Positions 23,525-36,348 of a stretch of 64,000 nucleotides of DNA are shown here, one piece after another (within the stretch, counting starts at the first letter, position 1; each line of letters begins with the position of its first letter). Under the pieces are notes generated by a model. It had not been told where the DNA came from, ran no database searches, and saw nothing but the letters and a program-made list of their open reading frames with translations. The position numbers and the translations under genes were made by a program. The DNA is from Takakia lepidozioides (taxonomy: Eukaryota > Plantae > Bryophyta): contig CM060732.1 in NCBI GenBank assembly GCA_030704615.1, positions 22,816,001 to 22,880,000 of the forward strand, written 5' to 3'.

Positions 23525-26500
23525 TTAATCTTGAAAATCATCCGAATCCTCATCCTGTTCTAGACTGTCCTGCTCCGCCTCCACCCCCTCATTGCCTTTC
23601 TCATCTCCAGCAGACTGCTCGTTGGCCAGGCTTTCGAAAATCCCATCTTCCCCTTGCGGAACTGTCCATCTCACCTCCGTTGGGTCGTCTTCCTCCCTGT
23701 CTGCGTCGCTCTCATCCGCTGAATCACATATGTACTTTCGTACCCGTCTACCTGTCTGAGCTGCTGCCAACTCTTTCCTTATCCTTCTGTCCTCCCTAGC
23801 CCTCTCCAAAATCTGCTCTACTTTACTGGGATTATCACTTCTTCTAATCGCTGTATTTGCGAGTTTAGCTGCATAACTAGGAAGGGAGTAGTCCCTCACC
23901 GGGCTCGTCATGAAGTCGGCCCTCGCAAAGAACGGGACATTCTTCCTGGCAGGAAGTGTAGGCCCTACATGTTTCGACCCGGACCCTGCAATCCTGCACA
24001 TTGTTATCATCAACGAGACTAATGAGAACCACAGTCTGGAAATTCGTTTGACAAAAATGACCCAGAAGGCTTTGCAAACTTACAATGTTTGCACTCACTC
24101 GTATTCCGGGTTCTCCTCCGCATCAATGTCCACTGTGTCTTCCTCGAACTCCGACAAATCCGAGGAGACTTCCGCTCTGTTGGGAGCCTTAACATTCCGT
24201 TGCAGCCCTTCCAGATGGGATCCCCACACGGATGAGTCCTCCTCGTGGGCAAAGAGGTGCCGGTCGGAAAACCGCCCAGCCCACATTGAGGCACCTGTTA
24301 CAATGCCATCCACATATTACAACATGGCGCTTCAGATGTTGCGAACTACATCCTAACGAGAATTTGCAGAACAGCATAGATCAAGATTCTGCATACCTGT
24401 CCCACAGATGAGGTCGAGCACTGTGCCCTCCACGTTTGTGCATGTCTCCATAATTGTCTGAATGAAGGCAGGGCTCCGAGTCCGTGAGTACCGCAGGGGT
24501 TCCGTTGAAGTGAGGCTATGAGGGAGAAGTTCCTTGGGAACGTTGTTGAACAGAACGTCGTAATCGAGGGGGTCGCAGTTCGGGTCAACCTTTCCTCCCT
24601 CCTTCCGGAAAGCAAAGGTGGAGTTCTCCTTCACAAAGCAGTATGCATCGAACTGCTTCGTCTGCATACACAGGGGGGAACGATTAGAAACCGAATGCGG
24701 CACCGCATTTGAAAACACCCAAGCAAATGAATGGACGAGTGCCAGTGTCGTAATCACCTTCTTCCCTTCCGACCGAAGGCCCAGTGTGTTGATGCACGTC
24801 CACTTCTTTTTCAGAATCGGGACGGCGCTCTTGCGGGTCCACTTCGCAATTCCTGTCTGAGTGTTTTTTCCTCTGCTCGCCAGGACAACCACACAGCCTC
24901 TGTCGTCCAACACCATGCGGGCAAGCCCGAATCCTTTCTTCCAAAAGTCCTCCGAGTACCTGTTCCAAGATGGCAAAGCTTGCAGTCCTTCCACAGGCTC
25001 TCCGTCCGGAATATCCAAGATGATCATATCGCAAGACCACTCGGTGGCATTTCCGCCCCTCCTACAATCCTTGTCTGCACACACCCTCTCAAAGAACGAG
25101 ACCATATTCTGAAATCCTGGGGTGTCGGAAGGCTCTTCGGCAGTCGCCTTCTTCAGTGCTCTGCCCTTCAGACCCTCCATGGTCTTCATGTATGCCAACT
25201 TGGCTGCCCGTCCATCCAAAGCCGCCAAGAAACTCTCATTTACACACTGGACTACTGTTTTGGGAGCCACTTTCGGCCTCTTCATTTCCACCGGCTCGAA
25301 AGGGTGCCCCCCTGGGGGGTTGAAGAGTGCCTTCTTTGCCGAGCCAGTTCTCGTGCCTCTCGTAACAACGGTGGGCACAGGGGAGGCAGCTTGCATTTGG
25401 GGGGGTGGGCTGGTTGCAAAGTCTCCATCGGAGTCCTCTTCCTCACCCTCTTCCTGAACAGGCTGTTTCTGCTTCTTCGTTTTGGCGGGTGTCACAACAG
25501 CTGCTCCTTGCTGGCGAGTCCTCTTCTTCGACCCCTTCTGTTGGGCCTGCACAGCTGCATCCACCGTCTTTTGTGCCATCTCAGCTGCCTTTTTGGATTG
25601 CAGATTCATTTGCCGACTTTGGCCCAGCAGGGACACGTCTTTCCTTTCTCTTCTCTTCTGCCAAGGCGTGCAGATCTTTTTCAGACTCGTCAACAATACC
25701 GCCAGACATATCCAGGTACCAGGGGCATCCAACGAGATGCGCGGGATGCCATTGTTTCTGCATCTCGGGTTTGTAGACACAGCTTGGACCCGCCACGGTC
25801 CAAGCCATGAAGAACGGGGGCTCTTGAGCCAGGGCCCCTGTCTGAAGGAGCGCGTATTTCATATACCTGCAAGGCAGTCAGCATGCGTGAGCATATGATT
25901 GGACGAACCTACTCGCAGAGTGCCACCGAAAACATAAAATGCGAATGCGGTGCCGCATTTCCGAGACAAACCTCGTAACCAGGCTTCGCATACAAGGGCA
26001 GCTGTGCTTCACCTGTAAACAATTCGCATTGCAGCTTTCCCCGCTCCCTCCTGATGTGTAAACTCCACGCTCCTTCTTGCTGTCTGTAGCTCTCTGGCGA
26101 AGAGGTTGTCCTTGTACGCACATCTGAAACGTGTCACGTAGTCTTCCAATGTCTGTGTTCCATCCCATTTGACGTACAAGCCGAACGAATTTGTGTGCAT
26201 TACGACTTGCTCCTTCGCATTCGACATTACCTGCGATTCCCAAATGCATTGTCACGTAGCAGTTCAGGGAATTCATTTCAGAAAAGCAAATCTGGGGAAG
26301 TACCTTGAATTACCTGGAACCACCAAGTCATGCGGTTGAGCCACACATCCACTGCAGGGTCGGAAACTTCGAGTGGAAAAGACCACATTGTCCTTATGCT
26401 CTCGGATGCATTCCAGATCGACAGTCACCGTGTCTGCCATTTCCGATCCAATGTCAGGAGTTGGAAGAGAGTGGCTATTGCTAGGAAGGAACTTCAGTGC

Positions 26501-28637
26501 ATTGAAACCTCACCTTCTCTTTCGCCTCAACACATGCCGTTGAGAGGTGATGCAGTTTCTCCAATTGCATGGTCGGCTGCATGGCCCGAGAATAGTGTTT
26601 TGCAATCTCGGGGATGAAGTCCTTTCCAAGTGCCGGATCTGCAATTGCCACCAGCTTCACAAGCTTTGACTTGTATTTGGTTCTGGACTTGACACCGGCT
26701 TCCTTCAAGTGCTTAGTCAATGACTGCAACGTTTTGACCTACCCCTCACTTTCCATGAAGAAGCGTTTGGCATGGGCCAAATCCAGCTTGATGTTTGACT
26801 GCCAGCAAAAACATGCAGAAGCGTTACATTCGATTCATGTGGAAAGATTGCTGGAAATTGGGGAAGGATGAGCAGAGGGAAATTGGAGGACGACTTACTT
26901 CGTATATCACCTCCACCATTCCATCCATAGTGAGACGATACCATGTCCGGTCTGTTTTTGCAACGGCTTTCTGAATGAGCTCGGGCTCCAGCATTTCCGC
27001 AAACATCTGCGGATCGGTGAGACCAGTTTTCCTCACCCTGTACAGCATATGTGCCATGTGGGTATGCACGTACGCATTCTCAGTGACCCTGCAAGGCACA
27101 CTCTCCAGTTCAGTACACGGAAGCACGGAAACAAACCAGAATGGAAACCGAAATGCGGCACCGCATTTCGAACGTGCTAGGGAGGGTATGAGTATCTTAC
27201 GAGTTGAGGTCCGCCATGGCATTCTTGAGCAGAGAGGAGTCTGCCGCCTTCACCTTGAGGATGACACACTCCACCATGTAATGCCAGCCAATGTGCTTGG
27301 CATGGTTCTGCTTGATGTACTCCCACCAGGCAAGAAGTCGGTGATTCCCGTCCCACACAAAGAACATTTTACCCGACATATGGCCAAAGTCTGGATCACC
27401 CTTCAGCGTCGCCTCGAATTCGTCGTTGCGAGTGTGCCAGTGGGTATCCCACGTTGACAATTCATCGGCAGTGGGTCCACGAGTTTCGCCGTCCTCATTC
27501 TCAATGGAAACGTAAAACGCTGCCGATCCCAGACGGTACCCTTCTCGAAATGCGAACTTCAGCTTATCCACATCTCCGGGAAGGGCCTGCCTGACGATGG
27601 GAAGGGAGGCCATGCGACAGAGTGGGATTCGAAGAGTCCGCTGGAATACCCTGCTGCCCAGAACTCTGCCAATGCTACTGTGTGTCTCCTCCAACATTTT
27701 ATCCGCTGCACTTTTGAAATCCTCCGGAGACATGTCTGTAGGTGCCGGTAGTGGCTGAGCAGCTGGAGCATCCTCAACTGGAGCTGCACTCTGGGGCCTG
27801 TTTGCGGGCAATTCTGCCATTGCAGAGGCCTCCTCCGGGCCTGCTTGCTCATCGGTGGTGAGGTCTTGCTGCGAACGTTGAGCGGCAGCACCCTCCTCCG
27901 GTACCAAATCGACAGAAACGGTCGATCCCATTGCCTTCGCTGCAGCAGAGACGGCCCCAACATCTGCAGGCAGGAAATCCTCCAGGAACTGAGCTTCAGC
28001 TCGTGGAAGCGGTTTTGCGGGAGATTGTTCAGCCGTCGCCCTGATTGCCTTCTGCTTCCTCATCCTTGCAGGTGAAGGTGTCTGCTGCAATTGAATCTGT
28101 CTTTTACGCTGCTGCTTCATTCGCGTTGGTGGGGGTGAAACGGCCTGAGCCGGTTCAGAAACCAGTAGAGGGACGGGCTGCTTCTTCTTTGACTTTGCTG
28201 GAGAAGGGCCCGACCCTTGCTGGCGATTCTCCATGACCAAAGAACGCGAGTCGATCTCTGGGGCTTTGAACTTGCCCTTCAAAGCCGCGTCTTTGAAGCG
28301 CACAGGGCTAGGCCCGGCAGGAATACCCGCGCTCGGGGATCGGGTGGGTGTACGTGCTGCAGCTAGCTCCACGGACTCTTCCTGCGGCTCTTCGGATTCC
28401 TGTGATCCCTCCAGCACGTCCACCTTTCCTGTTAGGCATGCAAACATGTTCTGCATTCAAGTCTCATAGCATTCAGTCTAAGAATTACAGAAGCAAAATG
28501 GGGGGTTCGGTGCTCGATCAGCTGCGCGCAGCCCGATCGCATGGAGCTCTCACTGGTGGTTGGGTTGCCTGAGTGGCCTGCTGTTCCGAGATGGCAATCT
28601 CCTCCTGTAGACGCATCTGCTTCCTCCCCTTCGGCAT
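23525..28637 (-). pseudogene. Multi-exon ParB/Srx-like plus amino-(N6A/N4C)-methyltransferase-like fusion gene, subfamily 1
   Basis: ParB-like exon RIPLCRM..VRQALPGDVDKLKFAFREG..FYV..FFVWDGNHRLLAW (~27340). GT-AG exons then run through a helical region to CDMIILDIPDG (~25010), RTRSPAFIQTIMETCT, VLDLICGTG|ASMWAG..DRHLFAHE (~24410) and an acidic tail. A few stops and frameshifts. Confidence 0.8.
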
Positions 28638-29069
28638 TGGCCTACGTCCGAAGTATAATTTTTGGAGCTTGCGACGAGGTCTCCTGTCTGGTGCACGAAC
28701 TCCCCCCCTCTCAGGTTCGAGCATAAGAAGAACAGAGACAGGGAAAAGGGGCAAAGAGTGCAGATGGAAAGGGCGCGATAGGGGTGACTGAGGAGACACG
28801 ACAAAAGTAGATGAAACGGCGGTGATGCACCACTTGGGTTCGAAAGGGTTGGACGAAAGTGTCTCCTCGTGGCCTTTGCGTCATTACGAAATTCGAATCG
28901 TTCAGGGTACGCCTGCCGTCCAAAAAACAAACATCATTATCCAATGGTCAGGCCGCGCCGCCTCATGCCACTTCAGTCAGATAGAGTGCAGACATGTGCC
29001 GCAATTCCGTTGCTCCACGTGTTCACATTTCAAGGCATTTCCGTCCCAGCGTCTGATGAGTTGAAGTGA

Positions 29070-30385
29070 AAATGCGAATGCGGCGCCGCATTTCCGTTAA
29101 GTACCATCAAGAAGCTACACATCCGTACTTGTTGGAAGAAAATGCGGCACCGCATTTCCATTCCACCTTCACATACCTTAGTTGTTGAACGGAAATACGG
29201 TGCCGCATTTCCGTCCCACAGCTCCATGTATGAGATACAAAAGGGAAATGCGGCGCCGCATTTCCGTTCTAGAATGTCGGAAGGTGCGACTCGGACGGAA
29301 ATGCGGTGCCGCATTTCTGTTCCCGTTGTTCACAATTTTCAGTCAGAACGGAAATGCGGTAGCGCATTTCCGTTCTGTAGAGTATTAAGGTCTGACCCTG
29401 GCGGAAATGCGGTGCCGCATTTTCGTTCCACAGCTCCATGCCTCACATACAAAACGGAAATGCGGCGCCGCATTTCCATTTTGGAATGTCGGAAGGTGCG
29501 ACTCCGACGGAAATGCGGTACCGCATTTCAGTTCCGATGTTTCACGATTTTTCATCAGAACGGAAATGCGGTGCCGCATTTGCGTTCTGGAAAGTTGGGA
29601 GGTGCGACTCGGATGGAAATGCGCTGCCGCATTTCAGTTCCGATGGTTCACGATTTTCAGTCAGAACGGAAATGCGGTACCGCATTTCCGTTCTGGATAG
29701 TATGAATGTCTCAAGCGGTCGGAATTGCACTCGGCTCCATGCATCAGATACAAAATGGAAATGCGGCGCCGCATTTCCGTTCTGGAATGTCGGAAAGTGC
29801 GACTCGGACGGAAATGCGGTGCCGCATTTCTGTTCCCGTTGTTCATAATTCTCAATCAGAACGGAAATGCGGTACCGCATTTCCGTTCCACCTTCACATA
29901 CCGTGCTTGTTGGATGGAAATGCGTTACCGCATTTCCGTTCTGGAGAGTATGAATGTCTTGTGAGGACGGAAATGTGGTGCAACATTTCTATCCCTCAGC
30001 TCCATGCGTCAGATATAAAACGGAAATGTTGCGCCGTATTTCTGTTCTGGTATGTCGGAAGGTGCGACTGTGACGGAAATGCGGTTCCGCATTTCTGTTC
30101 CCGTTGTTCATAATTCTCAATCAGAACGGAAATGCGGTACTGAACGGAAATGCGGTACTGCATTTCCGTACCACCTTCACCTACCGTGCTTGCTGGACGG
30201 AAATGCGTTACCGCATTTCCGTTCTGGAGAGTATAAAGGTTTCCCCCGGACAGAAACTCAGTGCCGCTTTTCCGTCGCTCTGGTGCATGACCTAGATGCA
30301 ATACAGAAATGCGGCGCCGTATTTCCGTCCAGCAGCAATCGAAAGAATCACTCGGGACGGGAAATCTGGAACCTCATTTCCGCAT
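29070..30385. repeat. Phased palindrome array: 22-bp GGAAATGCGGCGCCGCATTTCC every 53 bp, ~23 copies
   Basis: Palindrome starts at 29191, 29244, 29297, 29350, 29403, 29456, 29509 and onward. The 31-bp spacers fall into ~5 recurring classes. Confidence 0.95.
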
Positions 30386-30924
30386 GCTGAACCTGAATGG
30401 GTTGCATTGTTCCGAAACAACACAATTGCGGCCAGTCTTGATGAGCACAACTTGGTTGTCTGACCGTTTTAACTAACAGTACTAGCACTTGTCAGTGCGA
30501 ACGTTCCTGTCTGCACCGAGAACACTGCTGGAGCCACCCTCAGGAGAAACTGTCAAGAGATGTTATTTCGTCGCCAAATCGGCCATCATTGTCATACTTA
30601 TTGGCTATGGAATCACACCTCCCACCTTCATGCATGTAGCTTGAAACAATACTTTCCACTTCAATGTGCGACTTCCAATCGTCGATGGACTCCGCATGGT
30701 GCCTGTGAGCCTTGGTCTGTCGCTATACTGAACCTCGCACTTGCCAACTTCGTGCGGTGTTCGATGGCTCCGAATTCCTACGCTATAGTTTGCTGTCCTC
30801 CGCAACTTGGGAGAGCCTGGATCCCAAACGAGGGAGGACTTTGCAGAGTGACTGAAACTTACCTTTGTTCCAAATTCAAGCTCAAACCGGGCACAATTTA
30901 TTTGGAAGAAGAAAGAAAGGATGT

Positions 30925-33900
30925 TGTCGCGCGGCTTTTACTCACCCATCCCTTCGCTATCCGAGGTGGAAACTCCAAGATAGAAGAGTTGGAAATCTCT
31001 AAGTACTCAGCCCGCGCAGAACAATTAGTCATGACCTACAGCTAGTGTATCATGGGGGTGTTTCCTATTTGTTTCCCTTTTGGCATTCATGTTAGCTACC
31101 TTACCATTGATAATTAAGTATCAGTTTCCTTCATCAATCTATTGGATTCCATCAACTCATCCATTCATTCCACAGCTTCACTCAGTTCTCTCTACACAGT
31201 GTGATTGTATCGTATAAGTATTAGATTATGATTTATCAGGTATCAGGCCGAAGCCATTGTGTCTCTAATCTGCTCTACTATATCACTATCGCTTTGCATA
31301 TAACAAGCATCTACTAATCCTCTTTCCTCCTTCACCGTGCTCTCCATCTTTGCTTCCGATCTTCCTCTCCCCCCGATCTCCTCTCATGCCTGACCCAGAA
31401 GTCCTCCTCCGAATAATAATCATCCCCCCAAAATTCCCTGCTTCTCCCTTTATCTTCCTACCCGTGGCTCTAACCGTTTCCCTCACTAACCGTCGTCCGT
31501 GAACTAACATGTTCCATTTGCAGGTGTTGTTCCCCACAGTCGTTCCTTGCCCTGCTCTCCGTTCCCTATGGTCGTGACAACTGTGTCAAGCTGTGACTGG
31601 CTGTGTGAAACTGTGACGGGCTGTGACTAGCTGTGCGACTGTGTTTGGCTGTGTCGGGCTGTGACTGGCTGTGTGGCGGGCTGTGTTGGCTATGTCGGCT
31701 GTGTCTGCTGTGACGACTGTGACGGGCTGTGTTGGCTGTGTAACCCCCCTCTACAGTGCGCTGCTGTCACCCCTAAGGCTCCTGTTGGTCTCAGTTTGTG
31801 CAAAAATTAAGGGTACCCTACAGATCCCGTATAAGTGTCTAAGTCCCCGACAGTCCTCTAACATTTACCCCTTCCCCCCTCAAAAAGTCGTGTCCTCACG
31901 GTTTACTGATTTCGATTAGCAAACCTTTGTGAGTGAGCACCTTTTTGACGTTGAGAGTTTCGTGGCGGACTGTGTGTACGAGCCCGAGGTCTGTCTCTGG
32001 TTGACGGAGATGGTTGATCACTACCTGGATAAGTGAGGCCCTCTGGAGGCTGATATCGAGGTAACCTTTCCGGCATAGGAGACCCCCGTCGCTTCTTCTC
32101 TGCCATCTGAATTGCATAGTCTTCTCCCATGTCAAAAGAATTCGGTGAAGAAACAGTTGTATCAGAATCCTCATCGCCTCTCAGGTGTTTTAATTTTCGA
32201 ACTTTTTGTGGAATCCTCTGGGGCATACAATGTTGTCCTACCATGTCTGGAAGTTTATATTTTACAACTTGCTGTAACCGCTGAACAGCAAAATTGGTGT
32301 AGACACTGAGCTCCTTGTCTGTCCAGGCGAGTGGGGTACTAATTACTGGTGCAGCGTGCAAGTATTTCCATGCCACATGTCCCTTATAGAAAATATCATC
32401 AATGCCGAATTTCTGTGTTGACAAATTGTTCCAGGCCGCTTGAAACCATGAACAAATTTGAGAATCCTTTTGCATCATAACTTTTGGGTCATATAGGTAC
32501 ATATGAGGTGGCACCGAAGGTAATACCCAATGATCTCCACTGGAATAACTCAGAAAGCGTGTTTGCATCTTTTGTTGCTCAATGTGATAACGTACCAGAA
32601 AACAAGCAGTGTAGTATAACCCGCATCCCATGACAAAACTTGCTACCTCCCTGGTCTTGGTATAAATGAGACCATGTACAACCTAGAAAGCAATTAATTC
32701 CCTCAACATGGTACCTGCCTCATGCCAGTACTGCGCAAAGTGATGATCCTCAATTGGTCGATTGTTCGGAAGAACTTTAGTCCTAGTTGCCACTGGCAGC
32801 CAAATGCGCATGATTTGGTAGTAATGTGCGAATGACTGCGGATGACTAAATTCTTTCCAAGCCAAATCCAACATGATGGGAATTTGGTTGAAGGGCATAA
32901 TCATAGCCCTACTGTACTCTCTTGCAGCTGGAGTTTTAGGTGGGTTAAAAACAGCATTGCCCCATACCTCAGGCTGTGGTGGCTGCGGTGTGGTTGTAGT
33001 AACAACAGGTTCAGCTACTGGTACAGTGACTTGTTGTGGTGTTGGTGGTACTGGCTCTTGTATCATTGGCATCTCCTGCACCTCCTGTGAAGACTGAAAA
33101 GCCAAAGTTCTGGCTTGTAAATAAGAAGCCATTAGCTGTTCCTGAGGGATATAGACTCTTTTGTCGATGTTTGAAGTGAGGTCCTCCACTTGAGTCTGCA
33201 GTTCGTCTACATCCTCCTGTAACTCTGCTATCCTACTATAGACATTGTCTATAGTAGTTGTGGCAATGTTCTGCACTTGCAGTCTGAGCTCATTCATCTC
33301 GCTTTGGGTGAGCTTTCGTGGTGCTTTGCCCTCTACTGGCCCTTGTGCTAACCAGACCTGCATAAGGCTGTTATCCACCAAGTTGCTTGTGGTTCCCCTG
33401 AGAGTGTGCTCCTCTCTTAGCTTGTACACTTCTAACTACTGTTGTAAAGCCTCCATGCGCTTCGCATGAGGTTCAACCAAATTCACATAAGCAGCAAGTA
33501 GATTATTGGCTTCCTTCCAAGCCTTGTTATTGACCGCGATTTCATTTCTATTGGCCATGATGGTTTGTTGCAATTCCACGATGTGCTTCTCTTGATCAGC
33601 TTCAATCTGCCTGTATTGCTTGAAAGTATCCTCATTGCGACAGATTGTATTCTTCATATCGACAATGAGTTTCATTTGCTCAACATTCTCTTCTTCTGCC
33701 TTCGTACATTTTTCCGCTTGACTGTTTATTTCTTTTGTAGATTGCTCAAGCATAGTTGTGAATGTAGCACATTGTATCGCCATCCTGTCATGCACTATTT
33801 GCAACTCCGTATGTAGTGCATTCACTTCTTGCAACTTGCTTTCATGTTGCACCTGCATTTGGTATAGTTGTTGCTTATGTGCTTCGTGCAACTGGTCTTG

Positions 33901-36348
33901 CGTGAGGCCTGCCTCAATCAATTGTTCCTTGGCCAATTGCAAAGCCGCTTCTGTATTTCCCAAGTCCTGCTGCATCTTGAGAGTGACCTCTTCATTGACC
34001 TTGTTTGCACACTCAGTGGCTAGTCGAGCCTCAAACTCCTTCCTGAGTTCCTCTCTCAAGGCTGTCAATTGGGTAGTTGGAACATGGGATTTGACATAAG
34101 TCCCCAACAAATTAAGTGTCCTGCCTATGGAACTCATCAGCATTGCCTGTTGAGGGTCATCATGGTGAGGTTGCTGCTGTTCCTCCTGATCCTCAACCGT
34201 GTGATGTCTCACGAACCACTCAGGCCATTGTCCCACCGGATTTTCTTCCTGAACCACTTCATCTATCACCGGTGCTACAGTGTCATGACCTTCCACCTGT
34301 GGTACCTCCGACACAGGTGTGTGTATTATATGCACCTCAGTATTTCCCTTGGGCAACTGTTGCACCTCTGGAATCTCTGTCTCCTTGACCAGACCAGAAT
34401 ATTCATAGAGAAGGTCCCCCTTCTCCATTTCTGCCACTATCTGTTCTGTTGTTGGAATATCTAACCCTTCTCTTTCCAAATCAATTATTTCTGGTTGAGC
34501 TGCATGGACAACTTGTGACCTTGTGACAAGCCGATCAGCTGGCTATGATGGTTGTGATACTGAAGTAACTTCCTCCTCCCTCTCTGAAGGTTCTGCTTCC
34601 AGTAATAGCATTTCTCTGTGCTGATGTGCCCCTTCCTGCACATGAGCTTGGGAAACATTATCATGCGGAATCCGTGAAGCCAGTGGATCCGCCACTATAG
34701 TCTTTCCCCGTCTCTGCCTCTTAGTCTCGGGTTGCCCTGCTAGTCCACCCTCACTGTGTGAAGAGCCTTGCTCTTCCATTGCAGTGGTTTCTGGCTCAAA
34801 CACTCCCATCTCCTTTCTTTCTTGCGCATCAAGTATGCCAGAATCAAGAATTATTTGAGCAATGATTGGGCCAGACACTATGATAGGAGACTTTGCGGTA
34901 GTACCTTGTAATCTTTTCATCTCCTCCACCAGTGCATTGTACATTATGTCCGCCAATTCTACCTCTTGTCCCTTCAGGGCTTTGAGTATTTCCTCCGTGA
35001 AGGATCTGCTCAAATACTGTTGGTTCTGTTTCATGGCAATCAGAACGTTCAATACCTGGCCTACCTCCTTTAGCCCTGGGTACACAGCCTTGGTACAAGC
35101 ATAACCCTGAGTTTTAAAGAAACTCCCTTCTTGGAATAAGTCCCCTATTTGCAGTCTTGCCCTGTGTTCCTCCACATGCACCTGACCTGCTGGCAATCGA
35201 AACAATTGCTGGAGGTATAGGGGAGTAATTGCTAATTCAACTCCCTTCACCGTTGTTGTTCCTGTCCTTGGCTCAAAGTTCTGCAAAAATTGTAACATGT
35301 ACTGTCTATGGTGTAATGTCCAATCTATGCTTTGCAATCCTTGCAATCTCAGCTCCTTCAGTATTTGTATCGCCTGTGGGGTAGCAATCGTTTGCTTCTG
35401 CACAATTGTGGTGCTCTTCACCCTGATTTCCTCCATTCCTCTCACTCTCTTCATTTTAGACTCACAGAAATATTTTGGCTGTAACAACTGCAGAAATGCC
35501 TGTAGTGCACAAAGCATAAACGTATGGTTGCCACAGAAAGCTATGGGTAATTTCTTGTAAGCTTGCGGGGCTTGCAAGCATCGCTCAAGAGAAAAGCTCC
35601 GCTCTGTTCTTTCGTGTCTATGCCACTGCGTAAGTAATATTGCGAGCGTATAGTCTGTTAGTTCCTCCATAGTTTCCAAGCTATAGCATTGATGGTCTGT
35701 CTCGTCGAGACGCCCGTTACTCAGAACAACGCCGCCTCTTGCGCTCAATTTCCCTCCATTTATCCTTTCTCTGGTTTTCTATTGGCTGTATCCGCTGTGA
35801 CTGGATTTTAGATTTTATTTTCTTTAGTGGACTTTCCCTGCTGGATAGTCCACTAGGTTCACACATGTGACAAGAATTTCGCTTTTCTGTACTTGCCGTT
35901 CGTTCCGTTTCCCTTTTTCCGTATTCATTAATGGGCCCGCTTTTCATCCCTCTTCGTTCCCTATGGTCGTGACAGCTGTGTCAAGCTGTGACTGGCTGTG
36001 TGAAACTGTGACGGGCTGTGACTGGCTGTGCGAATGTGTTTGGCTGTGTCGGGCTGTGACTAGCTGTGTGGCTGTGTCTGCTGTGACGACTGTGACGGGC
36101 TGTGTTGGCTGTGTCGGCTGTGTCTGCTGTGACGACTGTGACGGGCTGTGTTGGCTGTGTTGGCTGTGACGGGTTGTGTCGGCTGTGACGGGTTGTGTCA
36201 GCTGTGACGGGCTGTGTTGGCTGTGTAACCCCCCTCTACAGTGCGCTGCTGTCACCCCTAAGGCTCCTGTTGGTCTCAGTTTGTGCAAAAATTAAGGGTA
36301 CCCTACAGATCCCGTATAAGTGTCTAAGTCCCCGACAGTCCTCTAACA
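30925..36348 (-). mobile_element. LTR-B non-autonomous copy with 5-bp TSD GATGT (3' LTR 30925-31863; 5' LTR only 35950-36348; no gag-pol)
   Basis: TSD at 30920-30924 and 36349-36353; TG...CA ends; PPT at 31864-31881. The flanks rejoin into the transposase sequence seen uninterrupted near 56170. Confidence 0.92.
31903..35748 (-). pseudogene. LTR-B long 3' accessory ORF (~1280 codons, split by in-frame TAG stops); plant-retrotransposon accessory domain plus coiled coil
   Basis: ORFs 35748-34543, 34479-33436, 33429-32683 and 32631-31903 are in one frame. Two of the three stops read CAG/CAA in sister copies. MLQFLQNF..TVKGVELAIT..LFRLP resembles Athila/Transposase_32-type accessory domains. Confidence 0.7.

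Noticed and set aside
23525-28637. Bacterial or phage contamination as the source of ParB-MTase
   Set aside because: The gene has conserved spliceosomal introns and lies within TSD-bounded eukaryotic elements.
29070-30385. CRISPR array (palindromic repeat with constant-length spacers)
   Set aside because: Spacers recur in a few related classes, repeats are degenerate and also scattered singly in introns, there are no cas genes, and the context is a eukaryotic transposon.
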